A DNA stretch of 64,000 bases from an uncultured delta proteobacterium (GTDB taxonomy: Bacteria > Desulfobacterota > Binatia > UBA9968): assembly GCA_963804165.1 (NCBI GenBank), contig CAWDPO010000002.1, positions 1 through 64,000 of the forward strand, written 5' to 3'. The notes beneath the pieces are model-generated. The model did not search any database. It was not told where the DNA came from and saw only the letters and a list, made by a program, of their open reading frames with translations. The translations under genes and the position numbers were made by a program. This document shows positions 9,525-19,579 of this stretch, piece after piece; position 1 is the stretch's first letter; each line of letters begins with the position of its first letter.

Positions 9525-9715
9525 AATCTGCCGGTGCAGTCACCGCCGATGACGAAGCCCGCATGCTCATGTTCGTCGGCGCCGCCGCATTTCGAGCAGG
9601 GATCGCCACACCACCGCGCCCTTTCAGTCTCGAAGGTGACGAAATATTTGTACTGGTAGAGTCCTTCGGCGCCGGTTTGGTCGATTTGACGCGTGTAGAG
9701 GCACCCCCTACGGTG
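9525..9715 (-). pseudogene. possible remnant of a glycoside hydrolase (GH13-type) N-terminal domain
   Basis: Minus-strand frame reads EGLYQYKYFVTFETERARWCGDPCSKCGGADEHEHAGFVIGG, resembling the YxYKY...DP early domain; no start and no catalytic domain. Confidence 0.3.
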
Positions 9716-9822
9716 AGAAACTTTTGTCGTCGCCGGGGCCGTCGCGGACTGCTAGCGAGTTCCGCCCGCCAATCTCGGGAAATACATACTCAGACATGAT
9801 TGCCTGAGTATAGCCGCCACGA

Positions 9823-10881
9823 TCAGGCGTTGGGACAAAGCCCTGATCCGCCAACGTCCAGCAGTACTCGGCCAAATTGTTGGCGCGACTCGAACACTCG
9901 ATGGGCGTCCGCCGCTCTGTCCAGTGTAAAGACGTGGCCGATCGCTACCTTCAGACGGCCCGCTCCGTGAAGTGACAAAACTCTCTCGCATTCGTCCGGG
10001 CGGCTGCCCTTGGAAAATATCACCGTCGCCTGATTGAATATCAATGGCGAGACCTTGAATGAAAGCGTTTCCCCGGAAGCGCTGCCCGGCACCACGATCC
10101 TGCCGTTCGGTTTGATCGTGGTGGCGAGTTGCTCAAAGCCTGCGCCGCCGACCGTTTCGAAGATCAGATCGACGCCTCGCCCGTGGGTCAACTCTTTGAC
10201 TCTTTGAGTGACGTTTTCCTTAGTCGAGTCGACGACTTCATCGGCGCCGAATGCCGTAAGACGCCGGGCTTTTTCCGGCCCGCGCACGGTCGCGATGACG
10301 CGAGCGCCGGCGTAATGAGCGACGCTCACCGCTGCGCTGCCCAGAGCTCCATTGCCTGAGGGAATCAACACCGTCTCACCCTTCTGCAAGCGTCCTTGGG
10401 TGATCAGATTGTGCCAGGCGGTAAGAGTGCCCCCTTGAAACGACGCCGCCTGATCATGGGCAAGCCCGCGCGGCTTGCTAACGAGACTTCGCGCGGGAAC
10501 CGTAATGTAATCGGCGTATCCGCCCCACGAAGAAACTCCCTGATATCTCGGCGAGCGGCACATCTCTGCAAGATCAGCGCGGCAATTGTCGCAGGTCCCG
10601 CACGGAGTGATGTTTCTCGTGATCGCTTCATCGCCTTCTTTCCATCCCACCACCCCGGCGCCAACCGCAGCGACGACACCGCTCGATTCCCGGCCCAGTT
10701 GAAACGGCAACGACACACGGAAGTAGCGTTCCTGCCCGGCGCGCATCGTAGCGTCATTGCGCCGGATGCTGGTGGCAGAGACTCTTAGAAGCACTTCCTC
10801 TTCCACAGGAACCGGCGCAGGCACTTCTTCCAGACGCAGGACTTCCGGCCCTCCGTACTCATAAAATCGCACTGCTCTCAT
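9823..10881 (-). CDS. zinc-binding alcohol dehydrogenase / quinone oxidoreductase (MDR family)
   Basis: MRAVRFYEYGGPEVLRLEEVP, structural Zn motif CGTCDNC...C, GGYADY, GRGVDLIFETVG. Confidence 0.9.
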   Translation of the reverse strand: MRAVRFYEYGGPEVLRLEEVPAPVPVEEEVLLRVSATSIRRNDATMRAGQERYFRVSLPFQLGRESSGVVAAVGAGVVGWKEGDEAITRNITPCGTCDNCRADLAEMCRSPRYQGVSSWGGYADYITVPARSLVSKPRGLAHDQAASFQGGTLTAWHNLITQGRLQKGETVLIPSGNGALGSAAVSVAHYAGARVIATVRGPEKARRLTAFGADEVVDSTKENVTQRVKELTHGRGVDLIFETVGGAGFEQLATTIKPNGRIVVPGSASGETLSFKVSPLIFNQATVIFSKGSRPDECERVLSLHGAGRLKVAIGHVFTLDRAADAHRVFESRQQFGRVLLDVGGSGLCPNA

Positions 10882-11345
10882 GAAGGAGTTACGGTCCCCA
10901 AGAGTTTTTTAAGCTCTGCACCGACGATCTCGGCCTGGGAATTTTCGATATGCTGCTCGAAGAGCGGGAACAGGTCCCGTTCTTCTTTGCGGATATGACG
11001 TTCGAGTAGGTCGCCTAAGTCAAAAATCAATTTTGCCAGGCCCGCGACGCTTTCAAGTTGCGCCACCCCTCGACGAATCTCGCTATGGTCGTGGATCAGT
11101 TCGTCGATGATTGGGCTCGATTCGGGTACCGTCGAACGAAGCACGGGAAATAGCACTTCCTCCTCGGCGCGAAAGTGAGCTACGAGGTTACTCGCGTAAA
11201 AAGCGGTAAATTCCTGCGCGCGCGCGCGCAGACCGGCTGCGCCCATCGGCTTGATTTGTCCCAACGACTGCTTACGGCAGCGTAGCGCCAGCGCCAAACC
11301 ATGATGATGATCGTGTGACAAAGCAATCAGATTCGGATGGCGCAT
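10878..11345 (-). CDS. hemerythrin/HHE cation-binding domain protein
   Basis: MRHPNLIALSHDHHHGL, HFRAEEEVLFP, HIRKEERDLFP. The longer predicted start at 11429 lies in an intergenic repeat. Confidence 0.85.
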   Translation of the reverse strand: MRHPNLIALSHDHHHGLALALRCRKQSLGQIKPMGAAGLRARAQEFTAFYASNLVAHFRAEEEVLFPVLRSTVPESSPIIDELIHDHSEIRRGVAQLESVAGLAKLIFDLGDLLERHIRKEERDLFPLFEQHIENSQAEIVGAELKKLLGTVTPS

Positions 11346-11365
11346 GAGGGAAATTCTCGAGTGAG

Positions 11366-11429
11366 GGAATATTGGAGTGTTGGAATTTGTCCCAACGTCG
11401 CCTACTACTCCATCGCTCCAATACTCCAA
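11366..11429. repeat. octamer-based imperfect palindrome (TTGGAGTR / ACTCCAAT units)
   Basis: GGAATATTGGAGTGTTGGAA ... ACTACTCCATCGCTCCAATACTCCAA; same family as 23130-23216. Confidence 0.75.
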
Positions 11430-11434
11430 CCTGT

Positions 11435-12610
11435 TTAGATCGATCCCTTAGTGCGGAGATCGACAATCGCAGGGCCGTCATAGCCCAACGCCGTGAGAAT
11501 TTCGTCCGTGTGCTCTCCAAGCACCGGCGGTGGCCGGTCGATGCTTGGCGGCGTGCGGCTCATATCGACGGCGTTGCCGATCAGTTTCATTTTGCCCATT
11601 TTCGGATGTTCGACTTCCACCGGGAAGCCATAAGTTTTCACTTGCGGATCGGCGAACACCTCGTCCAGTGTATTGATTGGCGCTGCCGGAACGTCATTTT
11701 CGGTCAACCGGCGCAACCAGTCCTCGCGCCGCCCACCGCGAAAGATCGGGGTCAGCTGCTCGACGAGAATGTCGTAATTTTCCACTCGCACTTTGCGGTT
11801 ATTAAAGCGCGGATCCTCAGCCCACTCCGGCTTACCCACTACCGCGAACATGTTGCGCCAGAATTTATCGGGCGAGGACATGTGCAGAACAAATGGCAAG
11901 CCTTCCTGATCCTCGAACGCGAAAACTCCCGCCGTCGTCGTGCGGTGCTTACGCCGCGGCACATGTCCGGTCTCGAAGTAGCGCGCGGCATTCTCACCGA
12001 CGAAGGACACTGAAGCCCGCAACAGGGATGTCTCAACATGCTGCCCCTCTCCGGTGAGCATGCGGTTCATCAGCGCGCTCAAAACACCGTAGCACGCGTA
12101 CATGCCGGTCAAGTGATCGGAAAACGAAATTCCCATGCCCTGCGGCTTTCCCGGATCGGTCAGCAGGCTCAACAAACCGCTGCGTGCCTGGCCAACTGTG
12201 TCGTAGCCGGGCATATCCCGATAGGGCCCCTTAGGGCCGAAGCCGGAAATCGAGCAGTAAACGATTTTGCCGTTAATTTTCCTAATATCGTCGTAGCCCA
12301 AGCCGCGCTTCTCCATCACTCCGGGACGAAAATTTTGGATCAGCACATCGGCGCTGGACGCGAGCTTAAGGACGATCTCTCGGCCTTCGTCCGCGCGCAA
12401 ATCGAGCGTCACGCTTCTCTTGTTGCGATTTAGGCTGCAAAACGTTGCCGCATAGTTGCTCTCGCCCCAACCGCGGAACGGATCGCCGCGTTTGGGTTCC
12501 TCGATTTTGACGACGTCCGCGCCCATGTCCGCCAATAGTTGCGCGGCGAACGGACCGGTAACGTAGCTCGCCGCTTCCACGACCTTGATTCCCGCCAGCG
12601 CACCACCCAT
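11435..12610 (-). CDS. family III CoA-transferase (CaiB/BaiF)
   Basis: GPFAAQLLADMGADVVKIE, LNRNKRSVTLDL, NFRPG, SISGFGPKGPY...GYD. Confidence 0.93.
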   Translation of the reverse strand: MGGALAGIKVVEAASYVTGPFAAQLLADMGADVVKIEEPKRGDPFRGWGESNYAATFCSLNRNKRSVTLDLRADEGREIVLKLASSADVLIQNFRPGVMEKRGLGYDDIRKINGKIVYCSISGFGPKGPYRDMPGYDTVGQARSGLLSLLTDPGKPQGMGISFSDHLTGMYACYGVLSALMNRMLTGEGQHVETSLLRASVSFVGENAARYFETGHVPRRKHRTTTAGVFAFEDQEGLPFVLHMSSPDKFWRNMFAVVGKPEWAEDPRFNNRKVRVENYDILVEQLTPIFRGGRREDWLRRLTENDVPAAPINTLDEVFADPQVKTYGFPVEVEHPKMGKMKLIGNAVDMSRTPPSIDRPPPVLGEHTDEILTALGYDGPAIVDLRTKGSI

Positions 12611-12796
12611 TGGACCATCCTATCTATGAAAAAAATTGTCGCTCGTATGTCCTAACGTTTGAGCGCGCGGGAAGTCAAGACCGGGCAAAATACGTGGAAA
12701 ATGTGAAAGACACACCCATCCGTGGGCACCAATCAGGCTGTACAGCCGCGATCGGTACCCTGGATAAATGAATAGTGTGGTAATCGAACTAAGAAA

Positions 12797-13000
12797 TTAG
12801 CGTTCTTCGGTGTGCATTTTACGCGGCGCCGGGGCATTGCCCAACGGCGAGACCATCGCGATGATTTCACTCCGGCTGAAGCGCCATCCGCCGCCGAACT
12901 TGCGACCCGGTATAGAGCCTTCTTTGACCAGCTTGTAGACCGTGCGCGGGTGTATCTGCAAAAGCTCTGCGACTTCACCGGCTGTCAGTATTTCATCCAT
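12797..13000 (-). CDS. stand-alone excisionase-like helix-turn-helix protein (HTH_17), 67 aa
   Basis: EILTAGEVAELLQIHPRTVYKLVKEGSIPGRKFGGGWRF; AGGAGG RBS. Confidence 0.88.
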   Translation of the reverse strand: MDEILTAGEVAELLQIHPRTVYKLVKEGSIPGRKFGGGWRFSRSEIIAMVSPLGNAPAPRKMHTEER

Positions 13001-13046
13001 TGTTTAAACCTCCTGCCTTGGGTCGAGCATTCAACGCTGAAGATAG

Positions 13047-13061
13047 GCAGAATCCGTGCCA
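13047..13061 (-). promoter_or_regulatory. sigma54 (-24/-12) promoter
   Basis: Minus strand reads TGGCACGGATTCTGC versus consensus TGGCACG-N4-TTGC, with exact GG/GC spacing, 46 nt upstream of the HTH start. Confidence 0.7.
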
Positions 13062-13123
13062 GCACTGCAAGGACGACTTACGTGGCCAAATAGCGACAAA
13101 TTCAGAAATTAACACCGCCATCC

Positions 13124-13138
13124 GTAGGAAAGTCCTAC
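13124..13138. promoter_or_regulatory. palindromic candidate enhancer (bEBP site)
   Basis: GTAGGA-aag-TCCTAC perfect inverted repeat 60-80 bp upstream of the sigma54 site. Confidence 0.45.
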
Positions 13139-13259
13139 AAAGAAGTGCAGGAAAAGTGAAAAAACGAACAACCAGAAACAACGCCGTGAATACTCCGAGT
13201 GCGCCGGAACGACGTCGGCTGGCTCGGGCGCGGCGGCGTCATAAGCCTGGACCGATACT

Positions 13260-13972
13260 CTACGCGCCCAAGTAAGCTTCAATAATTTTTGGATTGTCTA
13301 GAAGTTCGCTGGCCGGACCCGCCAGCGAGATGCGACCATTTTCCATGATATAGCCGCGATGGGCAATGGCCAGTGCTTGGCGGGCATTTTGTTCGACCAG
13401 AAATATTGTCAACCCTTGGCGATTGAGAGCGCGCAGAGTCTGGAAAATCTCCTGGACGAGAACGGGGGCTAAGCCCATCGACGGCTCGTCCAGGAGCAGC
13501 ACGCGAGGTTTCGCCATCAACGCGCGCGCGATCGCCAACATCTGTTGCTCACCGCCCGAAAGGTTACCGGCCAGGCCATCGAGCCTTTCTGCAAAGCGCG
13601 GAAACAAAGTGAGCAGTCGGTCCAGATCCGCGGCAATTTCATCCCCGTGCTTACGCCGATATGCGCCCAGGAGCAGATTCTCTCTTACTGTAAGAGTCGT
13701 GAGAATCTCCCTACCTTCCGGGACCTGGACGAGCCCGCGGGCGACGATTTCGTGCGGCGCGAGCCGGCTGACGTCGGCATTGTTGAATAGGATCGAGCCT
13801 GCCGTCGGCTTGAGCAAACCGGAGAGCGCCAACAAAGTGGTCGATTTGCCCGCGCCGTTAGCGCCGAGGAGCGCCGTAATCTCGCCTTGCTCGAGCACGA
13901 CGTCGATGCCCTTGACCGCCTCGATCACGCCGTAATGCACTTGCAATCCGGCGACTTTTACGAGCGCGGTCC
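13260..13972 (-). CDS. livF: branched-chain amino acid ABC transporter ATP-binding protein
   Basis: GANGAGKST, VPEGR, LSGGEQQMLAIARALM, LDEPSMGLAP, IIEAYLG; start approximate because of an indel. Confidence 0.9.
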
Positions 13973-14746
13973 GGCTTCTCGCTCGCCTCGGGTCGATCCT
14001 CGCTCCCTAGATAGGCTTCTATAACCTGGGAATTCCCACGAATTTCGCCAGGCCCGCCTCGGGCGATGATCTGACCAAAATTTAACACAACGATATCTCG
14101 ACATAATTCCATGATGAAACGCATGTCGTGCTCGATGATCATAATATTCAGACCGCTCTCACCGAGCTTGACTATTTCACTCATCAACTCGCGTTTTTCG
14201 GCGACGTTCATCCCGGCGGCGGGCTCGTCGAGGAGCAGCAGTTTGGGCAACGTCGCAAGCGCGCGCGCAATTTCCACACGGCGCTGTTCACCGTAGGAAA
14301 GCGTGCCGGCGGACAAATTGGACTTATCCGCGAGCCCGACTCGCGACAAAAGTCCGCGAGCCGTTTCGCGCTCGCGCTGTTCCGTGTTCCGATTTCTCGT
14401 CCAAGGCAATAGCGCTGCGAGGTTGCCGTAGCGCGTCGGATCGCGCATCGCCACAAGAACATTTTCCAACGTCGTCATCTCCTTAAACAGACGAACGTTC
14501 TGAAACGTCCTTGCTACGCCGCGGCGGGTAATCTGATACGGCGGCAGCCCGTCGATGCGATCTCCAGAAAACTCTATCACGCCGTCACTCGGAGTAAGCA
14601 GACCGGTGATCAGGTTGAAGACGGTCGTTTTGCCCCGCCGTCGGACCGATCAAGCCAAAAATACCTTTCTCGGGAATCCCAAGACTGACGTCTTGGAGTA
14701 CGCGCAATCCGCCGAAGTGCTTAGAAACGGATGTTAGCGTCAGCAT
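13968..14746 (-). CDS. livG: branched-chain amino acid ABC transporter ATP-binding protein (frameshift ~14640)
   Basis: MLTLTSVSKHFGGLRVL...GLIGP, RTFQNVRLF, LSYGEQRRVEIARALA, LDEPAAGMN, IEHDM. Confidence 0.88.
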
Positions 14747-15611
14747 CGACTTGCTGGCGGGGGTTGGGGCGCTCGGCGCGTCACGGATTGTAAAATATCC
14801 CAAATCCCTTTGGGCGAGTAGAGAATGATGACGATCAAAATGACGCCATTGAGCAGCGGCCGATAATGGCCGAGTCCGCGCAGAAGCTCCGGCAATAGCG
14901 TGATCACCACGGCGCCAATCAGCGCGCCCCATGGGCTCGCGGCGCCGCCAAGCACGCCCATGGCGAGTATTTCCACGCCGCGCTCGAAGCCGTATTCGTT
15001 GGGACTGATAAAATGGGTAAAATGGGCGTTAAGCCCGCCAGCCAACCCGGCGAGCGCTGCGCCCAAGACAAAGGAAAATAGTTTATACGCTCTGACGTTG
15101 AGCCCCATGAGCTCGGTCGCTACTTCATCTTGACTGATCGCCGTCATTGTTCGTCCAACACGCGAATGCGCTAAGCGCAGCAGCACATAAAGCGTGACGC
15201 TGACCGCCAGCGCCACATCGTACCAGCCAGTCAGTTGTGGGATACCGTTGAGGCCGAGCGCACCGCCCGTCAGGGTTTCCGCGTTGAGGATCACGATGCG
15301 GACGACTTCACCGAAAGCCAGCGTCGCCATCGCCAGATAGACACCCGACAATCTGAGCGTCGGCCGGCCGATCGCCAACGCCACCAGGGCCGGCAAGAGC
15401 ACGCCACCGAGGATGGCGCACAGGAATGGAACCCTGTACCTAGTGTGAGCAGCGTCGCGGCATAGGCGCCAATCCCCATGAACGCAGCATTGGCCACGGT
15501 GAGCAGCCCGCAGGCAAGCGTCAAATATATCGACAGCGCAAGGAGGACATTGGTGCCGACAGAAAGCACCAATGTACTGTACGTTGCCCAGAAATTGTCG
15601 AACCATTCCAT
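14740..15611 (-). CDS. livM: branched-chain amino acid ABC transporter permease (frameshift ~15425)
   Basis: AAFMGIGAYAA, LRLSGVYLAMATLAFGE, TGGALGLNGIP, SRVGR. Confidence 0.88.
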
Positions 15612-15653
15612 GAAGTCAATCTGGAGTCGATCGAACAAACGATAGCACTGCCA

Positions 15654-16535
15654 TTACACCCGGCGCTGCGCCGAGTGGCCGAACAGGCCTTGCGGGCGCA
15701 CCAGCAAGATCGTGAAGAGCAATCCGAAAGCGACGGCGTCACGCATCGTCGACCCGATGTAGGCGACTGAAAACACCTCGGCAAATCCAAGGAAAAACGC
15801 GCCGAGCAGAGCGCCACGGATATCGCCCATTCCTCCAAGGATGACGATGGCGATACCTTTATGGAGCATCGGCTGTCCCATATGCGGAAACACCGCGTTG
15901 GAATAAAGCGCGATGAGCACGCCAGCCACGCCTCCAAGCATTGCGCCAATCACGGAGGTCAAGCGGAACAATCCTTCGACATTGACGCCTAGGAGCGCCG
16001 CTGCTTTTGCGGATTCCGATAGGGCGCGTAGCGCACGGCCCACAGGGGTGCGCTTTAATCCCCAAAGCAATAGGCCCATGAGCGTAAGTGAAAGCAAGAT
16101 AATCCTCAGCTCCAGCCAAGTAATTCGGATATCCGCGAGACTCAAGGTCTCGGCCGGCAGCAGCTCCGCCGGGAAGCGCTGGTTGTGCGCGCCGAAGTAG
16201 CCCTCAATCGCGCTCGTGAGTGAAATGGCCACACCTATCGTCGCGATCATCGGCGCCAGGTGCGGCGCGCGACGAGCGCGCAGAGGCGCGAAGATCCACC
16301 TATCGAGAATCCAACCGGCGACGCCGGTAACCAGCATTGCCACGAAAATGCCGCCGAGCAGCGGCAGGCGCAGCTGCGCCACCGCCTGCAAAGCCGCATA
16401 GGCGCCGATCATAAAAACCGCGCCGTGGGCCAAGTTGATGACGTTCAAAACACCGAAAACTAACGTGAAGCCGATGGCGAAAAGAGCGTAAACTCCGCCG
16501 AGAGAGATCGCGTTGATAAATTGCTGCGCAAGCAT
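15654..16535 (-). CDS. livH: branched-chain amino acid ABC transporter permease
   Basis: GGVYALFAIGFTLVFGVLNVINLAHG, ILGGMG, LLVRPQGLFG. Confidence 0.93.
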   Translation of the reverse strand: MLAQQFINAISLGGVYALFAIGFTLVFGVLNVINLAHGAVFMIGAYAALQAVAQLRLPLLGGIFVAMLVTGVAGWILDRWIFAPLRARRAPHLAPMIATIGVAISLTSAIEGYFGAHNQRFPAELLPAETLSLADIRITWLELRIILLSLTLMGLLLWGLKRTPVGRALRALSESAKAAALLGVNVEGLFRLTSVIGAMLGGVAGVLIALYSNAVFPHMGQPMLHKGIAIVILGGMGDIRGALLGAFFLGFAEVFSVAYIGSTMRDAVAFGLLFTILLVRPQGLFGHSAQRRV

Positions 16536-16538
16536 GCG

Positions 16539-17693
16539 CTATTTTTGAATGACGTACTGATTGGCCTTGGTCACCATGACGATCGCCGTTTGCACGGCGT
16601 CGTAGCCCGCCGGTTTGCCATCGCGCCCCACCACTTGGCGGAACTTGAAGGGTCCGGTCGCGCCGCTCCATTGCGCAGCGGGCAACGCATCGCGAAGAGC
16701 CTTGCGATCCGCCTCCAGCTTGCCGGTGAGCTTAAGCTTCTTTAGCGCTTGCGCCACGATATACATGGCGTCGTAGGCCTGTGCCGCGAACTGATCGGGG
16801 GGCGAGCCGTGAGCTTTTTGATAAGCGGCGATAAAGCGCTTGTTTTCGGCCGCCGGATTCTCCACCGACCAAGGGCTACCGACCCAGAGATTATCCGAAT
16901 GCTCTTTGGCGAGCTCGAACACACGCGGTGAGTTCATGCCATTGCCGCCGATAAACGGCAGCGTCAACCCCAATTGACGCGCTTGGACCATGACGGGCGC
17001 GCCCTCCGCGACCAACGCCGACAATACGACGGCATCGCCATTACTCGCTTTGATCTTGGTTAGCTGGGGCTTAAAATCCACGTCGCCTTTCGCAAACGTC
17101 TCTGTCGTCGTCACCGGAATCTTCAAATCCTGAAGCGCTTTTTTGAAATTGTCATAGCCGCTCCTGGTGAAAATGTCGTCGTTGCCGTAGAGCACTGCCA
17201 CTTTCTTAAGGCCGGTCTTGAGCGCGGCAATCTTCAGCGTCACCGGGAGAATGTCCGCCTCTGTGACCGAGTTGCGAAAAACGTAGTTGCCGATCGAAGT
17301 AATACCGTCAGCGGTGTTGGACGTGCCGAAAACGACAACTTTCGCGCCTTGAGCGACGGGATCGCTCGCCTGCGCGGAGTTGGACAGCGTTGGACCGAAT
17401 AGCATCAATACCTTGTCCTGGAAAATCAGCTTTTTGAAAACGTTGATCGCCTCTTCCTTCTTGCCCTGCTCGTCCTCGATTACCAGCTCCAACTTCTGGC
17501 CATTGATGCCGCCACTGCCGTTGATCTCTCCGGTGGCAAGTTCGAAGCCCTTACGGATCGGCAAGCCATATTGCGACGCATTACCTGTTAAAGCTTCGGC
17601 AACGCCGATCTTGATCTCCCGCGCACGGCCGAGATCCGGCACAACGCTCAGCGCCAACCAAACTGCCAGTATCGTAGTTTGCAACCTCATCAT
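16539..17693 (-). CDS. livK: branched-chain amino acid ABC transporter substrate-binding protein
   Basis: Signal peptide, IKIGVAEALTG, INGSGGING, GDVDFKPQLTKIK, AAQAYDA. Confidence 0.9.
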   Translation of the reverse strand: MMRLQTTILAVWLALSVVPDLGRAREIKIGVAEALTGNASQYGLPIRKGFELATGEINGSGGINGQKLELVIEDEQGKKEEAINVFKKLIFQDKVLMLFGPTLSNSAQASDPVAQGAKVVVFGTSNTADGITSIGNYVFRNSVTEADILPVTLKIAALKTGLKKVAVLYGNDDIFTRSGYDNFKKALQDLKIPVTTTETFAKGDVDFKPQLTKIKASNGDAVVLSALVAEGAPVMVQARQLGLTLPFIGGNGMNSPRVFELAKEHSDNLWVGSPWSVENPAAENKRFIAAYQKAHGSPPDQFAAQAYDAMYIVAQALKKLKLTGKLEADRKALRDALPAAQWSGATGPFKFRQVVGRDGKPAGYDAVQTAIVMVTKANQYVIQK

Positions 17694-17844
17694 TTACCTC
17701 GACAACCGCAGACTTGAAGCCAGCCGGGGCTTGCCGACCCACGCGCTGCGCCGTCGCTCAATCAACGGGTCCTCAATCACTGGCGGTGCAAGCCATCGAA
17801 CCGGGCGCGCACTCCGCTCGTCGGCTCGATGCGCATCAAGAGCT

Positions 17845-18417
17845 CTATTTCTTCGCCGCCTCGACGTGCCAGAGATAGAGCGTATGCTCCCAACTCGATC
17901 CGTCCTTGATATGCTCCGTTTTCAACGGCTTCCAATCGCCCATATCGAAATCGTGGGATACGACTCGCGAGCCGGGTTTCATCTGCTTCCAGATATTCGG
18001 CCGGATCATGAGATTGACCTCTGGCAAAAGATACATCGTCAGCACGCTCGCCTGCGATAAATCGACGTTGCGGATGTCCTGCTGACGAATCTCGACGAGA
18101 TTCTCCACGCCGGCCTTCTTGATGTTTTCGTGGGACTCTTTGATCCGCTGCGGATCGATTTCGAAGCCAATCGCCTTGACCCCGTACTTCTTCGCGGCGG
18201 TGACGACAATCCGCCCGTCACCCGAGCCCAGATCATAGACCACGTCGCCCTTCTTAACCTGGGCCAATTCCAGCATGCGATCGACGACTTCCTGCGGCGT
18301 CGGTACGTAGGGGACGATCTTGCCTTCCTGCGCATGCAGCGAGTTGAGGTTCACGTCGCTTGTAAAAATAACAACGACGATTATGGCGAGCGACAAAAAC
18401 CGCTCAAATCGACTCAT
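17845..18417 (-). CDS. class I SAM-dependent methyltransferase with N-terminal signal peptide/anchor
   Basis: PYVPTPQEVVDRML, VVYDLGSGDGRIV, GSRVVSHDF; hydrophobic N-terminus; AAGGAGG RBS before ATG 18417. Confidence 0.88.
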   Translation of the reverse strand: MSRFERFLSLAIIVVVIFTSDVNLNSLHAQEGKIVPYVPTPQEVVDRMLELAQVKKGDVVYDLGSGDGRIVVTAAKKYGVKAIGFEIDPQRIKESHENIKKAGVENLVEIRQQDIRNVDLSQASVLTMYLLPEVNLMIRPNIWKQMKPGSRVVSHDFDMGDWKPLKTEHIKDGSSWEHTLYLWHVEAAKK

Positions 18418-18494
18418 AGGTGCCTCCTTCAAATTGACTTAGACCGCAGAAATTAAATAAGCGGCAACGACTCGTTGCATCGAGGTTCCCGTTG

Positions 18495-18800
18495 CTAACT
18501 GCTTTTCTGCCAAAACTTGCCCAGCCAGCTCGCGTTGTCTTTTTCCGCCACTTGCTCGAGTTCGCCCGCATCGAGCCAAATGCCGTGACAAGCAGTGCAT
18601 TGGTCGATAGCGATTTTCTGAAAGCTGCGTTCTTTGAGGGCCTCGCCGCATTTGGGACATTTCATGAACGAGGCTTTTTTCGCGGCCTCTTTGGCTTCCG
18701 CTTCCTGTTGCAGTTTCATCTTGGCGAGCAGCTCACGTTCTTTCTTGACGAAATATTCGTCTTCCTGCGCCTTCTTGCGCTCGTCCCACTTATTCGCCAC
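18495..18800 (-). CDS. zf-TFIIB-like zinc-ribbon protein
   Basis: EDEYF, MKCPKCG...IDQCTACHGIWLDAGELE. Confidence 0.85.
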   Translation of the reverse strand: MANKWDERKKAQEDEYFVKKERELLAKMKLQQEAEAKEAAKKASFMKCPKCGEALKERSFQKIAIDQCTACHGIWLDAGELEQVAEKDNASWLGKFWQKSS

Positions 18801-18829
18801 TGGAAACCTCCTTGCAATGTATGGCGCTT

Positions 18830-19528
18830 TTACGCCAAGGCTTTTTTAAGCCACTTTGCCGTTTTTGCCACCGACTTTTCGCCGGCCTCGCGGTTCGCTG
18901 GATTTTTTGTTTGCGGATTATTCAGAAACGCATGTCCAGCCCCTTGATACATCTCGATCTCGTACTTCTTCTTGTACTTCTTCAGGGTCTGGCGAAACAT
19001 TGCGATCTCAGTTTTCGTCGTGCCCGGGTCGTCGGTGCCATAGTGGCAGAGCAGGGGCGCGCTGATATCCTTCAATTCCCCCGGATCAGGAAACAGGCTC
19101 TGGTAGTAGATAACACCCGCGGCGAAGGCCTTAGATTGCGCGAGTGCGTATAGCGCCAGTCCGCCGCCCATGCAAAATCCCAACACCGCGATTTTCTCCT
19201 TGCCGACCCAGGGGAGCTTGCGCAAATACGGCACGCTATCGACGATATTTTTTGCTGCCGTCGGAAGATCGAGGGAGGTTTTTTTCAAAGCGCAGTCTTC
19301 GAGCGTATGGTAGGTTTGGCCATGAAAGAGGTCCGGCGATAGACAGACGAACCCTTCCTGGGCAAACCGGCGGGTCACCGCTCGTTGGCCGTCGTCGAGG
19401 CCGCGATAGCCATGCACCAATACAATTGCGGTTCGCTCGCCACCGGCGCTGGGACGAGACAGAAAGCCATCGATGACTTCCTTGCCGCTGCGATGCGCGG
19501 CGTGCATGGAGACGATTCTTTCACCCAT
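18830..19528 (-). CDS. dienelactone hydrolase family protein
   Basis: GFCMGG nucleophile motif, YGTDD, YQGAGHAF. Confidence 0.9.
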   Translation of the reverse strand: MGERIVSMHAAHRSGKEVIDGFLSRPSAGGERTAIVLVHGYRGLDDGQRAVTRRFAQEGFVCLSPDLFHGQTYHTLEDCALKKTSLDLPTAAKNIVDSVPYLRKLPWVGKEKIAVLGFCMGGGLALYALAQSKAFAAGVIYYQSLFPDPGELKDISAPLLCHYGTDDPGTTKTEIAMFRQTLKKYKKKYEIEMYQGAGHAFLNNPQTKNPANREAGEKSVAKTAKWLKKALA

Positions 19529-19579
19529 TTGGAAATATCAGCGGTGCACGACAAATAGGTTCAAGGGCGGAACTTCCTA

